Shown here: one piece after another, positions 18,826-29,138 of the stretch
How the letters are laid out: each line of letters begins with the position of its first letter
Position numbering within the stretch: the stretch's first letter is position 1
Origin: Bacteroidales bacterium
GTDB taxonomy: Bacteria > Bacteroidota > Bacteroidia > Bacteroidales > JBBRXJ01
Direction of reading: 5' to 3'
NCBI GenBank assembly: GCA_038248505.1
Contig: JBBRXJ010000005.1
Location: 1-61,337 of the forward strand
Length of the DNA: 61,337 nt
Translations under genes and position numbers: made by a program
The notes under the pieces: model-generated
What the model saw: the letters and a program-made list of their open reading frames with translations, nothing else
Databases searched by the model: none
What the model was told of the DNA's origin: nothing

Positions 18826-19905
18826 TTATCTTTTTACGCGGGCATTACCTTCCCAAACACTCCAAACCATTTCTTCATCGGCTGGTACGGCATAGTCGGT
18901 CACAAATGTTGTAGCGAGTGCGCCACTGGCCCAACCGAACTGAATCCATTTTTCAGGATCCATCCCTTTTAAGATAGCATATAACATACCACCTACAAAA
19001 CCATCGCCCCCACCAATACGGTCGAGAACATGAATTTCGCGAGGTTCAACAATATGCCAATTTTCACCTTCAAGCATAATGCCACCCCATAAGTGTGAAT
19101 TGGTATTAATTACCTGACGTAAAGTAGTAGCAAATACTGACGCATTAGGGAATGTTTGTTTTACTCGACCAATCATTTCTTTAAAACTGTCAATATGTGA
19201 TCCAATGTCTTTTCCTCCAGCTTCGGGTCCTTTAATGCCTAAGCACAGTTGAAAATCTTCTTCATTACCCACAAGTATATCTGATACGCTAGCAATTTCT
19301 TTAAAGATAGCACTGAGTTCGGCTTCTCTGCCTTTCCAAAAGGTGGCGCGATAATTTAAGTCGAATGATATACGTGTGCCATGTTTCTTAGCAGCACGAG
19401 CTAGTTCAAGACAGAATACGCTTGTCTCAGGAGATAAAGCAGCGATTAATCCAGATAGATGAACAATCTGAACGCCTTCTTTTCCGAAGATACGTTCGAG
19501 GTCAAAATCTTTTACATTTAAAGTACGACCAACTTCACCCGCACGATCGTTCTGAACTCTCGGCCCACGTGATCCATAACCACTATCTGCTATATTAAAC
19601 TGATGACGATAACCCCATGGCCCACCTTGTGCCACCTCTTTTCCTTCGAATGACATACCACGTGAGGCTAAGTTGCTCTTTATAAAACTCGCAATCGGAC
19701 TATCTTTTACAAAGGTTGTGAGAACCTTTACGGGTAGTCCAAGTGCAGCAGAGATATTAGCTACATTAGTTTCGGCACTTGTTGCTTGCATTGTGAAGGT
19801 ATCGCTGGTGTGAACCGGCTGTCCGTTAACGGGGGTAATGCGAACGCCCATACTTGTTGGTACAATTAAAGAATACTTAAAATCTTTACGAAGCTCAATT
19901 TTCAT
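18826..19905 (-). CDS. PfkB-family sugar kinase (2-keto-3-deoxygluconate kinase-like)
   Basis: SAETNVA, SFDLNYRATFW, GNEED, DRIGGGDGFVGG. Confidence 0.9.
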   Translation of the reverse strand: MKIELRKDFKYSLIVPTSMGVRITPVNGQPVHTSDTFTMQATSAETNVANISAALGLPVKVLTTFVKDSPIASFIKSNLASRGMSFEGKEVAQGGPWGYRHQFNIADSGYGSRGPRVQNDRAGEVGRTLNVKDFDLERIFGKEGVQIVHLSGLIAALSPETSVFCLELARAAKKHGTRISFDLNYRATFWKGREAELSAIFKEIASVSDILVGNEEDFQLCLGIKGPEAGGKDIGSHIDSFKEMIGRVKQTFPNASVFATTLRQVINTNSHLWGGIMLEGENWHIVEPREIHVLDRIGGGDGFVGGMLYAILKGMDPEKWIQFGWASGALATTFVTDYAVPADEEMVWSVWEGNARVKR

Positions 19906-20415
19906 TATATTTTCCTCCTAAATATATTTTATGGTTTGTGAATAAATTATAAAATCGCATGCTTTTAATTATCAACTATATAAGTTGTTTTGAACTAGTG
20001 TAAATATAATTTATATTTCAATAATATGATGGGGAAAGTCGTTTTGACCTGGCTAAATATGATTATTAAATTCTAAAGGGTAAATTTACAGCAATTTATA
20101 TATAATTATTAAAATCATTTTTTAATAAAATGGGATCCAATGTTATGCTGTGTCATCATTTTTACTTAATTTCGACATCAAAATACTAACTTAATTTTCT
20201 CATCTTTTGTTTCGTTTTATTTTTATAAGATAGATCGCAACATCGCAAAATGCATGTGATTTTAGCTATTCACAAACTCCTGATATTACTGTTTCAATCA
20301 GCGGAAACAGTACCAGCTTATACAATAGGTGTCCAATGCTTTTATTACAAATTTTAGGTTTAAAAGTGGGTTTCAATTCAGTCTATTAAAGAAAAAAAAT
20401 TAAATAAATCAATAT

Positions 20416-21990
20416 ATGAAAGAGTTCATTTTTGCAATTATACTTGTGTCCTTATTTTCTTGTAAAAATCATGATAAAAACCATGATCGTAAAAAGCAAA
20501 AACCAATAGAAACAATTGCTATTTTAAAAACGAATAATACTGAAAACGATACTATTGCACATGCTTTTAATATTGCAATTGGAGACATTTATAGCAACAT
20601 ACGACCAATAAAACAAGGCTTGCTGAAACACGAAGCAGCAACTTTATTTGCCGGAATAGATTATTTTGGACCATGGACACGTGATGCATCGGTAAACGTT
20701 TATAATGCGGCTGGTTTTTTATTTCCGGGTATTGCAAAGAATACACTTATAGCACAAATGTATCTTGATACGGCTATTAAAAAGGTTCGTGTGAGCGGTC
20801 AGTATTGGGATTCACCTTTATGGATTATTGGAGCATGGGAGTTATATTTGAATACGGGTGAGAAGCGATGGCTTAAGATGGCCTTGGGTACTTCTATTGC
20901 GCAATTAGAGTATTTGGAGAAAACAGAATTTGATTATGATAAAGGATTGTTTAGAGGAGCCTCTTTTTTTAATGATGGCATATCAGCATATCCAGATATT
21001 TACACTAAAACAGGCGTATATAAAGGAGCAGACTGGGTGAGTGATATTACAAAATGGGTTGAAGAAAATCCGGATAAACGCATTAGCAAAGGTTTTGGTT
21101 TACCCATGATGGCGCTCTCAACCAATTGTATTTATTATAAAGCATATACTCTAATTGACTCCATGGCAAAAGCATTAGAGACGGTAGTGCCTTCTTTTAA
21201 TGCGAGTTTAAAAGCAAAAATGCTGCGCAAAAATATTAATGCACACTTTTGGGATAGTACCACACAAAAATATTTATATCTTATTGATCCTAATGGAAAT
21301 TGCAATTATCAGGAAGGTGCAGGCATTGCCATGGCTATATTATTTGGTGTAGCTGATAAAAAGCAATGTGATACTTTGTTTGCAAATACACATATAGAAC
21401 CAGCTGGAATACCCTGTTTGTATCCGTCTTTTCCACGTTATGTGAATAAACGCAAAACGAGTTATGGCCGACATTCTGGAACTATTTGGACGCAAGTAAA
21501 CGGCTTTTGGGCATTGGCTGCTGCTAAGTATGAGCGATATGACATCTTTAATTTTGAATTTTCAAATATAGCACGTTTTGCATATAGAGACAAACAGTTT
21601 AGAGAAATGTATCATCCTATTACCGGAATACCTTATGGTGGCATACAGGAGACCAATAATAATAAGATTGAAGAGTGGAAATCTGCTGAACGACAGGTGT
21701 GGGGTGCTGCATCCTATGTTGCATTGGTTGTTAAGGGTTTGTTTGGATTGATGTATTGTTCCGATGGACTTCGCTTTAAACCGCTTGTTGAGAAAGAATA
21801 CGAGAATCTTCGATTGCTTAATGTTCCTTATCATAATGCGATATTAAATATTTATATCAAAGGGACGGGTAATAAAATAAGATCTTTTAAAGTAAATGGG
21901 ATTGAGACCTCCGCTTTTATATCAAATGAGACGGAGGGTTTGCAGCATATTGAGATCGTTTTGCAGGATGATCCGCTGCGGCAGAGATGA
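20416..21990 (+). CDS. Lipoprotein glycoside hydrolase, (alpha/alpha)6 type (MGH1/GH63/GDE-like)
   Basis: Lipobox LFSC; WTRDAS, GQYWD, ALSTNC, HSGTIW, EMYHP, QVWGA. Confidence 0.8.
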   Translation: MKEFIFAIILVSLFSCKNHDKNHDRKKQKPIETIAILKTNNTENDTIAHAFNIAIGDIYSNIRPIKQGLLKHEAATLFAGIDYFGPWTRDASVNVYNAAGFLFPGIAKNTLIAQMYLDTAIKKVRVSGQYWDSPLWIIGAWELYLNTGEKRWLKMALGTSIAQLEYLEKTEFDYDKGLFRGASFFNDGISAYPDIYTKTGVYKGADWVSDITKWVEENPDKRISKGFGLPMMALSTNCIYYKAYTLIDSMAKALETVVPSFNASLKAKMLRKNINAHFWDSTTQKYLYLIDPNGNCNYQEGAGIAMAILFGVADKKQCDTLFANTHIEPAGIPCLYPSFPRYVNKRKTSYGRHSGTIWTQVNGFWALAAAKYERYDIFNFEFSNIARFAYRDKQFREMYHPITGIPYGGIQETNNNKIEEWKSAERQVWGAASYVALVVKGLFGLMYCSDGLRFKPLVEKEYENLRLLNVPYHNAILNIYIKGTGNKIRSFKVNGIETSAFISNETEGLQHIEIVLQDDPLRQR

Positions 21991-22034
21991 TAGGATGATG
22001 TGGCATTATCTCATAATTATATAAGGCTGTCATA

Positions 22035-22109
22035 CAGGTAACTGAAATATTTGCAGAATGCAGTATCGACTACGATAAAAACTCGGAAATCACGAAGAAT
22101 TTTTATGCA
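22035..22109 (+). pseudogene. Short remnant of a RhuM-family gene
   Basis: Translates QVTEIFAECSIDYDKNSEITKNFYA, resembling the RhuM core (ITDIxAECSIDYDxxSxxTxxFxA). No start and no rest of the gene. Confidence 0.6.
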
Positions 22110-22259
22110 ATCTTCGGTGTAGGTGGACATAAAGTAGCCCGAAATCCATTACTGCATATAGCCTCGACCGATATTTAAAAAAATATGTTGTTTTGTTGTG
22201 AAGAATTATATTCCTTAAGATACATTTTTGCTTGGGTGATGAAAATTAAAAAATAAAAC

Positions 22260-22267
22260 TACCTTTG
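22260..22267 (+). promoter_or_regulatory. -7 promoter box of the corA leader
   Basis: TACCTTTG matches TAnnTTTG, 24 nt upstream of the leader ATG. Confidence 0.65.
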
Positions 22268-22291
22268 CAGCATAATCAATCAATTTAACTA

Positions 22292-22348
22292 ATGGACAGT
22301 GATCCTGAGTATTGTAGTTTAATTAATACCATCGAGCCCCGTCGATAG
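22292..22348 (+). CDS. Candidate corA leader peptide (18 aa, MDSDPEYCSLINTIEPRR)
   Basis: ATG in an A/T-rich context just after the promoter. Its codons 4-6 can base-pair with 22373-22381. Confidence 0.55.
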   Translation: MDSDPEYCSLINTIEPRR

Positions 22349-22523
22349 GCGTTTCCACTGGAAGTGTGCATCCTCAGGGTCTTGCTAAAAGGAGGATGTG
22401 CGTATGACAAAAATCTTATTTAAGCCATTCAGTTTATTAACGATCTTTATGAATTCGGGTGGGTTTATTATGTATAATACCCTGAATAATTGCAGTTTAA
22501 CCCTTAATAATGTGCGGTCATGA
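22292..22523 (+). promoter_or_regulatory. Structured 5' leader / putative attenuator of corA
   Basis: Mutually exclusive helices: GATCCTGAG(22301-09) with CTCAGGGTC(22373-81), versus GTGCATCCTC(22366-75) with GAGGATGTGC(22392-401). A second uORF (22404-22523) ends in an ATGA overlap with corA. Confidence 0.6.
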
Positions 22524-23446
22524 TTAGAATGTGGAAACAAGATAAGGGTCTAAAAGAGATCACCAGCTTTGAGCGCAATTGTTGGATTGAAGTTAGCAAT
22601 CCGACCGACGAGGAAATTGAGATGATTAAAAGGGACTACCGCGTACCTGAGGATTTTATTAGTGATGCCCTTGACGTGGATGAGCGTTCACGTACTGAGC
22701 TTGATGGCCGTTGGTTATTAATTATTATGCGTGTACCTTTATATTTGCCAGATGAGGATATTCCATATATCACATTACCACTTGGGGTAATGATTTCAGT
22801 AAATAGTATAATCACCATTTGTGCGCATTCAAATGAAGTTGGAAACCCTGATTTATTGCAGCGTATAAAAGGGTTTAATATTGAGAACAAGCACAATTTT
22901 ATTCTCAACCTATTATTCCGTTCGGCTACTTATTATTTGCGTTATTTAAAAGATATTAATAAGCTAACTTCAACTATTGAGGATGAGTTGCGTCGTTCAA
23001 CTCGTAATCATGAATTAATAAAATTGCTTAAAGTAGAAAAGAGTTTGGTATATTTTATAACTTCTCTTAAATCGAATGAGATTTTGATTGCAAAATTACA
23101 GAACTCAAAAATTGTAAATGTTGATTTGATTGATCAGGGATTGCTCGAAGATGTTATTATTGAGAACCGACAAGCATCAGAAATGGCACGCATTTATAGC
23201 GATATACTTTCAGGTTTAATGGATGCTTTTGCATCGGTAATCTCAAACAATTTGAATGTGGTGATGAAACAACTTACTTCCATCACCATTATTTTGATGA
23301 TACCAACGCTTGTTGCGAGTTTATTTGGAATGAACGTTCCGAATCATTGGGAGAATAACCATTATGGATTTTTATGGGCGATTCTTATTTCGCTTGGCTT
23401 AGCCGTTGTTGGTGTTCTTTTCTTTCGCAAACGAGATATGTTTTAG
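22520..23446 (+). CDS. corA: CorA-family magnesium transporter
   Basis: DALDVDERSR, SVISNNLNVVMKQLT, PTLVASLFGMNV (GMN motif), two C-terminal TM helices. Confidence 0.93.
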   Translation: MIRMWKQDKGLKEITSFERNCWIEVSNPTDEEIEMIKRDYRVPEDFISDALDVDERSRTELDGRWLLIIMRVPLYLPDEDIPYITLPLGVMISVNSIITICAHSNEVGNPDLLQRIKGFNIENKHNFILNLLFRSATYYLRYLKDINKLTSTIEDELRRSTRNHELIKLLKVEKSLVYFITSLKSNEILIAKLQNSKIVNVDLIDQGLLEDVIIENRQASEMARIYSDILSGLMDAFASVISNNLNVVMKQLTSITIILMIPTLVASLFGMNVPNHWENNHYGFLWAILISLGLAVVGVLFFRKRDMF

Positions 23447-24277
23447 TTAGGGAAGCAATTTTGCTGATATAATACGAATGTCTTCAACGGGTCTGTCAGC
23501 TTGGCCTGTAATAGTGTTGTTGATGCGTCCAACTACATCCATACCATCAATTACTTCGCCAAAAACAGTGTATTCATTATCGAGATGAGGTGTGCCTCCA
23601 ATTGTGGTATATATTTTTGTGAGCTCAGGAGAATATTTAAAAGGAGGATTTTTTGACCAAGCCTCTTCAAATTTAGTTTGATATTCCAAATTAATTTGCT
23701 TCAGCGTTGCTGTATCGTTTTTTGTTTGTGCTTGATGTATACGGCTCATTAGGTCTGCGTTCTCAACACTATACATGAAATTTTTGTAAAAATCTTTTTT
23801 CATTTTATTTGTTACATTCTGTTCCATAACTTGCAACTTTTGCAAAGAGAAGACTTCGCCCACTACTATATAAAACTGTGAGCCAGAGCTGCGTTTCTGA
23901 GGATTCACCTGATCGCCTTGGCGTGCTGCTGCCAAGGCTCCTTTCTTATGGTAGAATTTGGGATTAATTTCGGCCTGTACGGTATAGCCAGGACCGCCTG
24001 TTCCCAGTTGTTTTCCAGCTAAAGCATGTTTTGAGTCGGGGTCGCCCGTTTGAATCATGAAATTTTTTATGACCCTATGAAAAAGCACACTATCGTATAC
24101 CCCTGTTGTGGCAAGTTTAATAAAATTGTCGCGATGTAAAGGAGTTTCGTCATAAAGCAAAACTTTTATATCGCCCAAAGTTGTTTTTATTATAAGCTTT
24201 TTACCCGAAGGTAAATTTTGTGAATAGCCATTGCATAATAGAATTGATGCAATACAAACAAGTAGTATTTTTTTCAC
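23447..24277 (-). CDS. Cyclophilin-type peptidyl-prolyl isomerase (secreted)
   Basis: ETPLHRDNF, FHRVIKNFMIQTGDP, SSGSQFYIV, GGTPHLDNEYTVFGEV. Confidence 0.95.
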   Translation of the reverse strand: MKKILLVCIASILLCNGYSQNLPSGKKLIIKTTLGDIKVLLYDETPLHRDNFIKLATTGVYDSVLFHRVIKNFMIQTGDPDSKHALAGKQLGTGGPGYTVQAEINPKFYHKKGALAAARQGDQVNPQKRSSGSQFYIVVGEVFSLQKLQVMEQNVTNKMKKDFYKNFMYSVENADLMSRIHQAQTKNDTATLKQINLEYQTKFEEAWSKNPPFKYSPELTKIYTTIGGTPHLDNEYTVFGEVIDGMDVVGRINNTITGQADRPVEDIRIISAKLLP

Positions 24278-24424
24278 AAGAATATTGTTATTATTTATTT
24301 TATGATCTAAAATACTAATTTAATAAAAAATTACTGATTCTCTATAATTATACGCTAATAACGGTATTTCAAATCAATTCTGCATAATTGTACACCACGT
24401 ATAACATTTCACCTTAACATTCAT

Positions 24425-24456
24425 AAAAAAGCCGGCCTCTTTTCAGAAACCGGCTT
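24425..24456 (-). terminator. Rho-independent terminator after trxA
   Basis: Minus strand reads AAGCCGGTTTCT-GAAA-AGAGGCCGGCTTTTTT. Confidence 0.88.
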
Positions 24457-24475
24457 CCTTTTCAAAAGAATATTC

Positions 24476-24796
24476 TTATTTCAATAGTGCTTCAAGTTTA
24501 TTTACCAATGCGCTTTTTTGTACGGCACCTACTTGTTTATCAGCAATTACACCGTCTTTAAAAAATAAAATGGTTGGTATGTTACGAATACCAAAACGCG
24601 AAGCTACTTCAGTACTTGAGTCAACATCTACTTTGCATACCAATGCTCGATCTTTAAAATCTTCGGCTATCTCATGCACTATGGGAGCTATCATACGGCA
24701 AGGACCGCACCATTCAGCCCAAAAATCAACAATAACAGGCTTATCTGACTTTAATACAATCTCGTCAAAATTCGCATCATTTACATCTATTGTCAT
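24476..24796 (-). CDS. trxA: Thioredoxin
   Basis: VDFWAEWCGPCRM, IRNIPT. Confidence 0.97.
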   Translation of the reverse strand: MTIDVNDANFDEIVLKSDKPVIVDFWAEWCGPCRMIAPIVHEIAEDFKDRALVCKVDVDSSTEVASRFGIRNIPTILFFKDGVIADKQVGAVQKSALVNKLEALLK

Positions 24797-25008
24797 AACT
24801 TTAGTTTTATATTATTACAATTTATTATTTACTTAGAATATGAACTCTTTAATCATAAAACATCATCAATTAAAACGCTCAAAATTAATAATTTAATTTC
24901 GCAGTGTCGGTTCCGTTTTCAATTTTTAAGCGGTCAACACGTAACGTCTAGTATCCATCACTCAACCTTCATCATTTCTCATTTCAGTATCGCTAATATA
25001 CAAATTTT

Positions 25009-28000
25009 TCAGTTAACCTTGTACACTATTTCTGGATTTGACTGCAAAAATTTAATTAAATCATTGGTAACATTGACCCTACGGGTTCTTGAAAACATTT
25101 CAACGAGCAAATTCTCTTCTGGGTCAAAAATGATAAATTTTAAAAGAGCCTTGCCATGTTTATCGTCAGACATTCCGTTTATAGATTCAATTAGATCATC
25201 CGATAAATCGTTAATTGAAACGCGTAAGGATATACTTTTAACCATTGCCTCTTTTACATTAGCCAATAGCTCCATAGTCTTTATTTTAAACTCCATTTCC
25301 GGATTATCAGAGTTCTCTCGACCACCCCATGTTCTCGCTTGCACCTTGCCCTTTATTAGCAAGCTATATCCCTTGGTAAGGTAGTTTTTAAAGCTCATAT
25401 AATCCTGAGAGAAGAGCATAAATTTGTAGGTATCAGTATAGTCTTCAATAATTACCGAGGCATAGGGTTTTCCGTTCTTCCCTGTAGCATGTTTTGCTTC
25501 TGTAATCATACCAGCAATGCTTAAATCGCGATTTGCTACCTTAGGCATATCGTGCATATCAGCTAAACTCACATTAGCGAAAGTGTCAATCTCAAATTTA
25601 AATTCATCTAAGGGATGTGCAGAGAGATACATGCCAATTACATCCTTCTCTTGGCTGAGTGTATAAAGTGTGTTCCATTCTTCGCTGTGCGGTATATCAG
25701 GTTTAACAACGGCTGTAGCTTTGCTATCGCCAAAAAGATTACCCCCACTACCATTTTTATCTTGCTGCATTTTTGCTCCAAAGCGCATCAAATGTTCAAT
25801 CCAACTAATCCCTTTGTCATCTTTAGCAAAATACTGATATCGTTTAACATCGGCAAAGGCATCAAAACCGCCAGCTACGGCTAATGCTTCAAACGATTTT
25901 TTATTTACTGCCTGAAGATTTACACGGGTTACAAAATCAAAAATATCTTTATACGGCCCACTTGCTTTTCGTTCTTCAATAATTTTTTCAACGGCGGCTT
26001 CGCCAACTCCTTTTACAGCACCTATTCCAAAGCGTATATTCCCTGCTTTGTTTGGCGTAAACATCATATTACTCTCATTCACATCGGGGCCTAATACTTG
26101 AATGCCCATACGACGACATTCATCCATAAAAATGGTAATCTTTTTTATATCGCTTAGGTTACGACTTAAAACGGCCGACATAAAATCGGCTGGGTAGTTT
26201 GCTTTTAAATAGCCCGTTTGATATGATACTTGAGCGTAACAAGTAGAATGTGATTTGTTAAAAGCATATTCAGCAAAAGATTCCCAATCGGTCCATATTT
26301 TGGTCACCTTCTCAACATCCATTCCTTTATTTTTGCAACCGTCAATGAATTTCGTTTTCATTTTATCCATTACATCGCGCAACTTTTTACCCATTGCCTT
26401 ACGCAACGAATCGGCTTCACCACCTGTAAAACCAGCCATTGCTTGCGATAGTAACATTACCTGTTCTTGGTAAACGGTAATACCGTAAGTCTCGGTCAAA
26501 TAATCTTCCATTACCGGAAAATCATAAACTATTTTTTCTTTCCCATGTTTACGCTTAATAAAGCTTGGTATATAATCCATAGGGCCCGGACGAAACAGAG
26601 CATTCATTGCAATAAGGTCTTCAAAACGATTCGGCTTTAAATCCTTCAAATATTTTTTCATGCCAGGCGATTCAAACTGGAATAAACCTGTAGTCTCCCC
26701 TTTGCTGTATAGCTCGTATGTTTTAGCATCATCAAGCGGAATTTTTTCCAGAACAATATCCACATCTTGCGATTGCTTTATAAAATTTACAGCATCTTTT
26801 ATAATTGATAAGGTTTTTAACCCTAAAAAGTCCATTTTGAGCATACCTACATTCTCAACAAAAGAACCCTCATATTGAGTAACGAGCATTTTCGATTCCT
26901 TAACCCGACAAACTGGAAGATATTCATTCAAATCTTCACGAGCAATAATGATGCCGCAAGGATGTGTTCCAATTTGTCGAACCGATCCTTCCAAGGTTTG
27001 TGCAAAGCGAAGAGTTTTCTTTTCGAGTTCACTACCCGCATCACGTATTTGTTTTAACTCATTCACCTCATTAAAGGCTTCTTTTAATGAAACACCGGCG
27101 CGCTCAGGAACCAATTTAGCAATTCGATCAGCATCGGGTAATGGCAAGCGTAGTACACGCGCTACGTCGCGAATTGCCATCTTTGCAGCCATAGTGCCGA
27201 AAGTAATAATCTGTGCTACACGATTCTCACCATATTTATTAATAACATATTCAATAACACGTTCACGACCGTCTTCATCAAAATCAATATCAATATCGGG
27301 CATGGATATACGATCGGGATTAAGGAAACGCTCAAACAAAAGTTTGTAATGAATAGGATCAATATCGGTAATATAATTGCAATAGGCTACTACTGAACCT
27401 GCGGCTGAACCGCGGCCTGGACCAACGGCAACCCCCAAACGTCGTGCTTCTTGCAAAAAGTCTCGCACAATTAAAAAGTAACCAGGAAACCCCATTCGTT
27501 TAATAACGCCCAACTCAAAATCTAAACGATCACGAATCGTATCTGTTATTTCTCCATATCGAACCTTAGCGCCCTCGTATGTTAAATGCGCTAAATAATC
27601 ATCGCCATCTGTAAACGTATCAGGAATTGGAAAGTGCGGCATTACCGGTTCACTCTTGAGTTGATAGAGCTCAATTTTATTTACTATTTCATTTGTATTT
27701 TCAATTGCTTGCGGAATATCAGTAAAGAGATCGTTCATCTCCTTTTGTGTCTTAAAATATTCTTGGCGCGTATAACGCATGCGACCTTCGTCATCAAAGT
27801 CTTTGCCTGTATTTAAGCAAATTAAAATATCATGCGCCTCAGCATCTTCAGCATTAATAAAGTGCACATCATTGGTAGCAATAATTTTAACATTATATTT
27901 TTGAGAAAGCTCTATTAAACCCGCATTCACCTTTACTTGGTGCTGATATACATCGCGGTCCATTTCGGGGTTTCCTGATTGATGGCGCTGCAATTCTATA

Positions 28001-28518
28001 TAAAAATCTTCGCCAAATAATTCCTTAAAAAACAAAAGCGTCTCTTCCGCTTTTTCCATCTGCTCATCTTCAATTAAACGAGGAATTTCACCTCCAAGAC
28101 AGGCGGTGCTTGCAATGATCCCTTCATGGTATTGACGCAGCAAATCTTTATCAATACGTGGCTTATAATAGAAACCATCAACCCATGAGGCCGATACCAT
28201 TTTTACAAGGTTCTGGTAGCCTTGTTTATTTTTTGCGAGTAACACTAAATGGTTTCCGCTACGGTCGTCTTTATCATTTTTATCTTTATCATGTCGGCTA
28301 TTATTGGCAACATACACTTCGCATCCAATAATTGGTTTAACACCCGCTTTTGTGGCAGCCCCAATAAAATCCATTACCCCAAACATATTCCCATGATCGG
28401 TAATTGCAACAGCCGTCATACCATCAGCTGTAACTTTAGCCATTAGGTCTTTAATGTTGCAGGCACCATCAAGTATTGAATACTGAGTATGTAAATGTAA
28501 ATGGGTAAATGGAATCAT
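25009..28518 (-). CDS. dnaE: DNA polymerase III alpha subunit
   Basis: PHP domain HLHLHTQYSILDG, GPGRGSAAGS, FERFLNPDRISMPDIDIDF, KMDFLGL, YAFNKSH. Confidence 0.98.
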   Translation of the reverse strand: MIPFTHLHLHTQYSILDGACNIKDLMAKVTADGMTAVAITDHGNMFGVMDFIGAATKAGVKPIIGCEVYVANNSRHDKDKNDKDDRSGNHLVLLAKNKQGYQNLVKMVSASWVDGFYYKPRIDKDLLRQYHEGIIASTACLGGEIPRLIEDEQMEKAEETLLFFKELFGEDFYIELQRHQSGNPEMDRDVYQHQVKVNAGLIELSQKYNVKIIATNDVHFINAEDAEAHDILICLNTGKDFDDEGRMRYTRQEYFKTQKEMNDLFTDIPQAIENTNEIVNKIELYQLKSEPVMPHFPIPDTFTDGDDYLAHLTYEGAKVRYGEITDTIRDRLDFELGVIKRMGFPGYFLIVRDFLQEARRLGVAVGPGRGSAAGSVVAYCNYITDIDPIHYKLLFERFLNPDRISMPDIDIDFDEDGRERVIEYVINKYGENRVAQIITFGTMAAKMAIRDVARVLRLPLPDADRIAKLVPERAGVSLKEAFNEVNELKQIRDAGSELEKKTLRFAQTLEGSVRQIGTHPCGIIIAREDLNEYLPVCRVKESKMLVTQYEGSFVENVGMLKMDFLGLKTLSIIKDAVNFIKQSQDVDIVLEKIPLDDAKTYELYSKGETTGLFQFESPGMKKYLKDLKPNRFEDLIAMNALFRPGPMDYIPSFIKRKHGKEKIVYDFPVMEDYLTETYGITVYQEQVMLLSQAMAGFTGGEADSLRKAMGKKLRDVMDKMKTKFIDGCKNKGMDVEKVTKIWTDWESFAEYAFNKSHSTCYAQVSYQTGYLKANYPADFMSAVLSRNLSDIKKITIFMDECRRMGIQVLGPDVNESNMMFTPNKAGNIRFGIGAVKGVGEAAVEKIIEERKASGPYKDIFDFVTRVNLQAVNKKSFEALAVAGGFDAFADVKRYQYFAKDDKGISWIEHLMRFGAKMQQDKNGSGGNLFGDSKATAVVKPDIPHSEEWNTLYTLSQEKDVIGMYLSAHPLDEFKFEIDTFANVSLADMHDMPKVANRDLSIAGMITEAKHATGKNGKPYASVIIEDYTDTYKFMLFSQDYMSFKNYLTKGYSLLIKGKVQARTWGGRENSDNPEMEFKIKTMELLANVKEAMVKSISLRVSINDLSDDLIESINGMSDDKHGKALLKFIIFDPEENLLVEMFSRTRRVNVTNDLIKFLQSNPEIVYKVN

Positions 28519-29138
28519 AATTTATAAATATATTGCGGGAAAAATAGAAAAGTAAAATTAACCATTTACAAGGGGCTATTTTTCACTGTTCAAAACTTTT
28601 GTTTTTTCATACCCTATCCTTGCAAATTCTGTAAACTTCGTTTTGTTTAAAAGTGAATACCTTTTTTGCCTATGTATATTTGATTCTGAACAATTATAAA
28701 CCATTTGATCGTTTTGTAATATTAAGTTTATGAATGTTAGCATATTGCGATCCTCGTACAGTGGAGATGTTGTATGGAGCGCTCCATATTCCATTTTTAC
28801 CATGGGCGAACAAATCTTTGCTTCGCCTGGTATTTGATGAGGCAATTATATATTCATATAATAATTAGAATGTTAGCCGAGAAATATATACTATTCATTT
28901 TAATATAAGCAAGTTAGAAGAATGTCTTCCGTAATTTTAGTATTATAATAAGGTGATCAAATGAAGCCCAATCGATCTGCCTAAACCCTCAACAATCTAT
29001 ATATCAAATACCTATTCTTAAATGTTTAAAGACATTTATTTTTATGAATATTCTTCTTTTTATACTATAAACGCCTTAAAATATGATTTTTCTCCTATAT
29101 TTGCCTTCCCTAATTTTTAAATTTAATTAAATAATACA

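Noticed and set aside
20288-20362. Hairpin TACTGTTTC/GAAACAGTA and a partial TTTTAGGTTTA seed match upstream of the glycosidase
   Set aside because: The match lacks the TTCAT part and the downstream terminator; plausible by chance in AT-rich DNA.
28576-28845. 89-aa ORF between dnaE and rpsP
   Set aside because: TTG start, no recognisable domain; not called as a gene.
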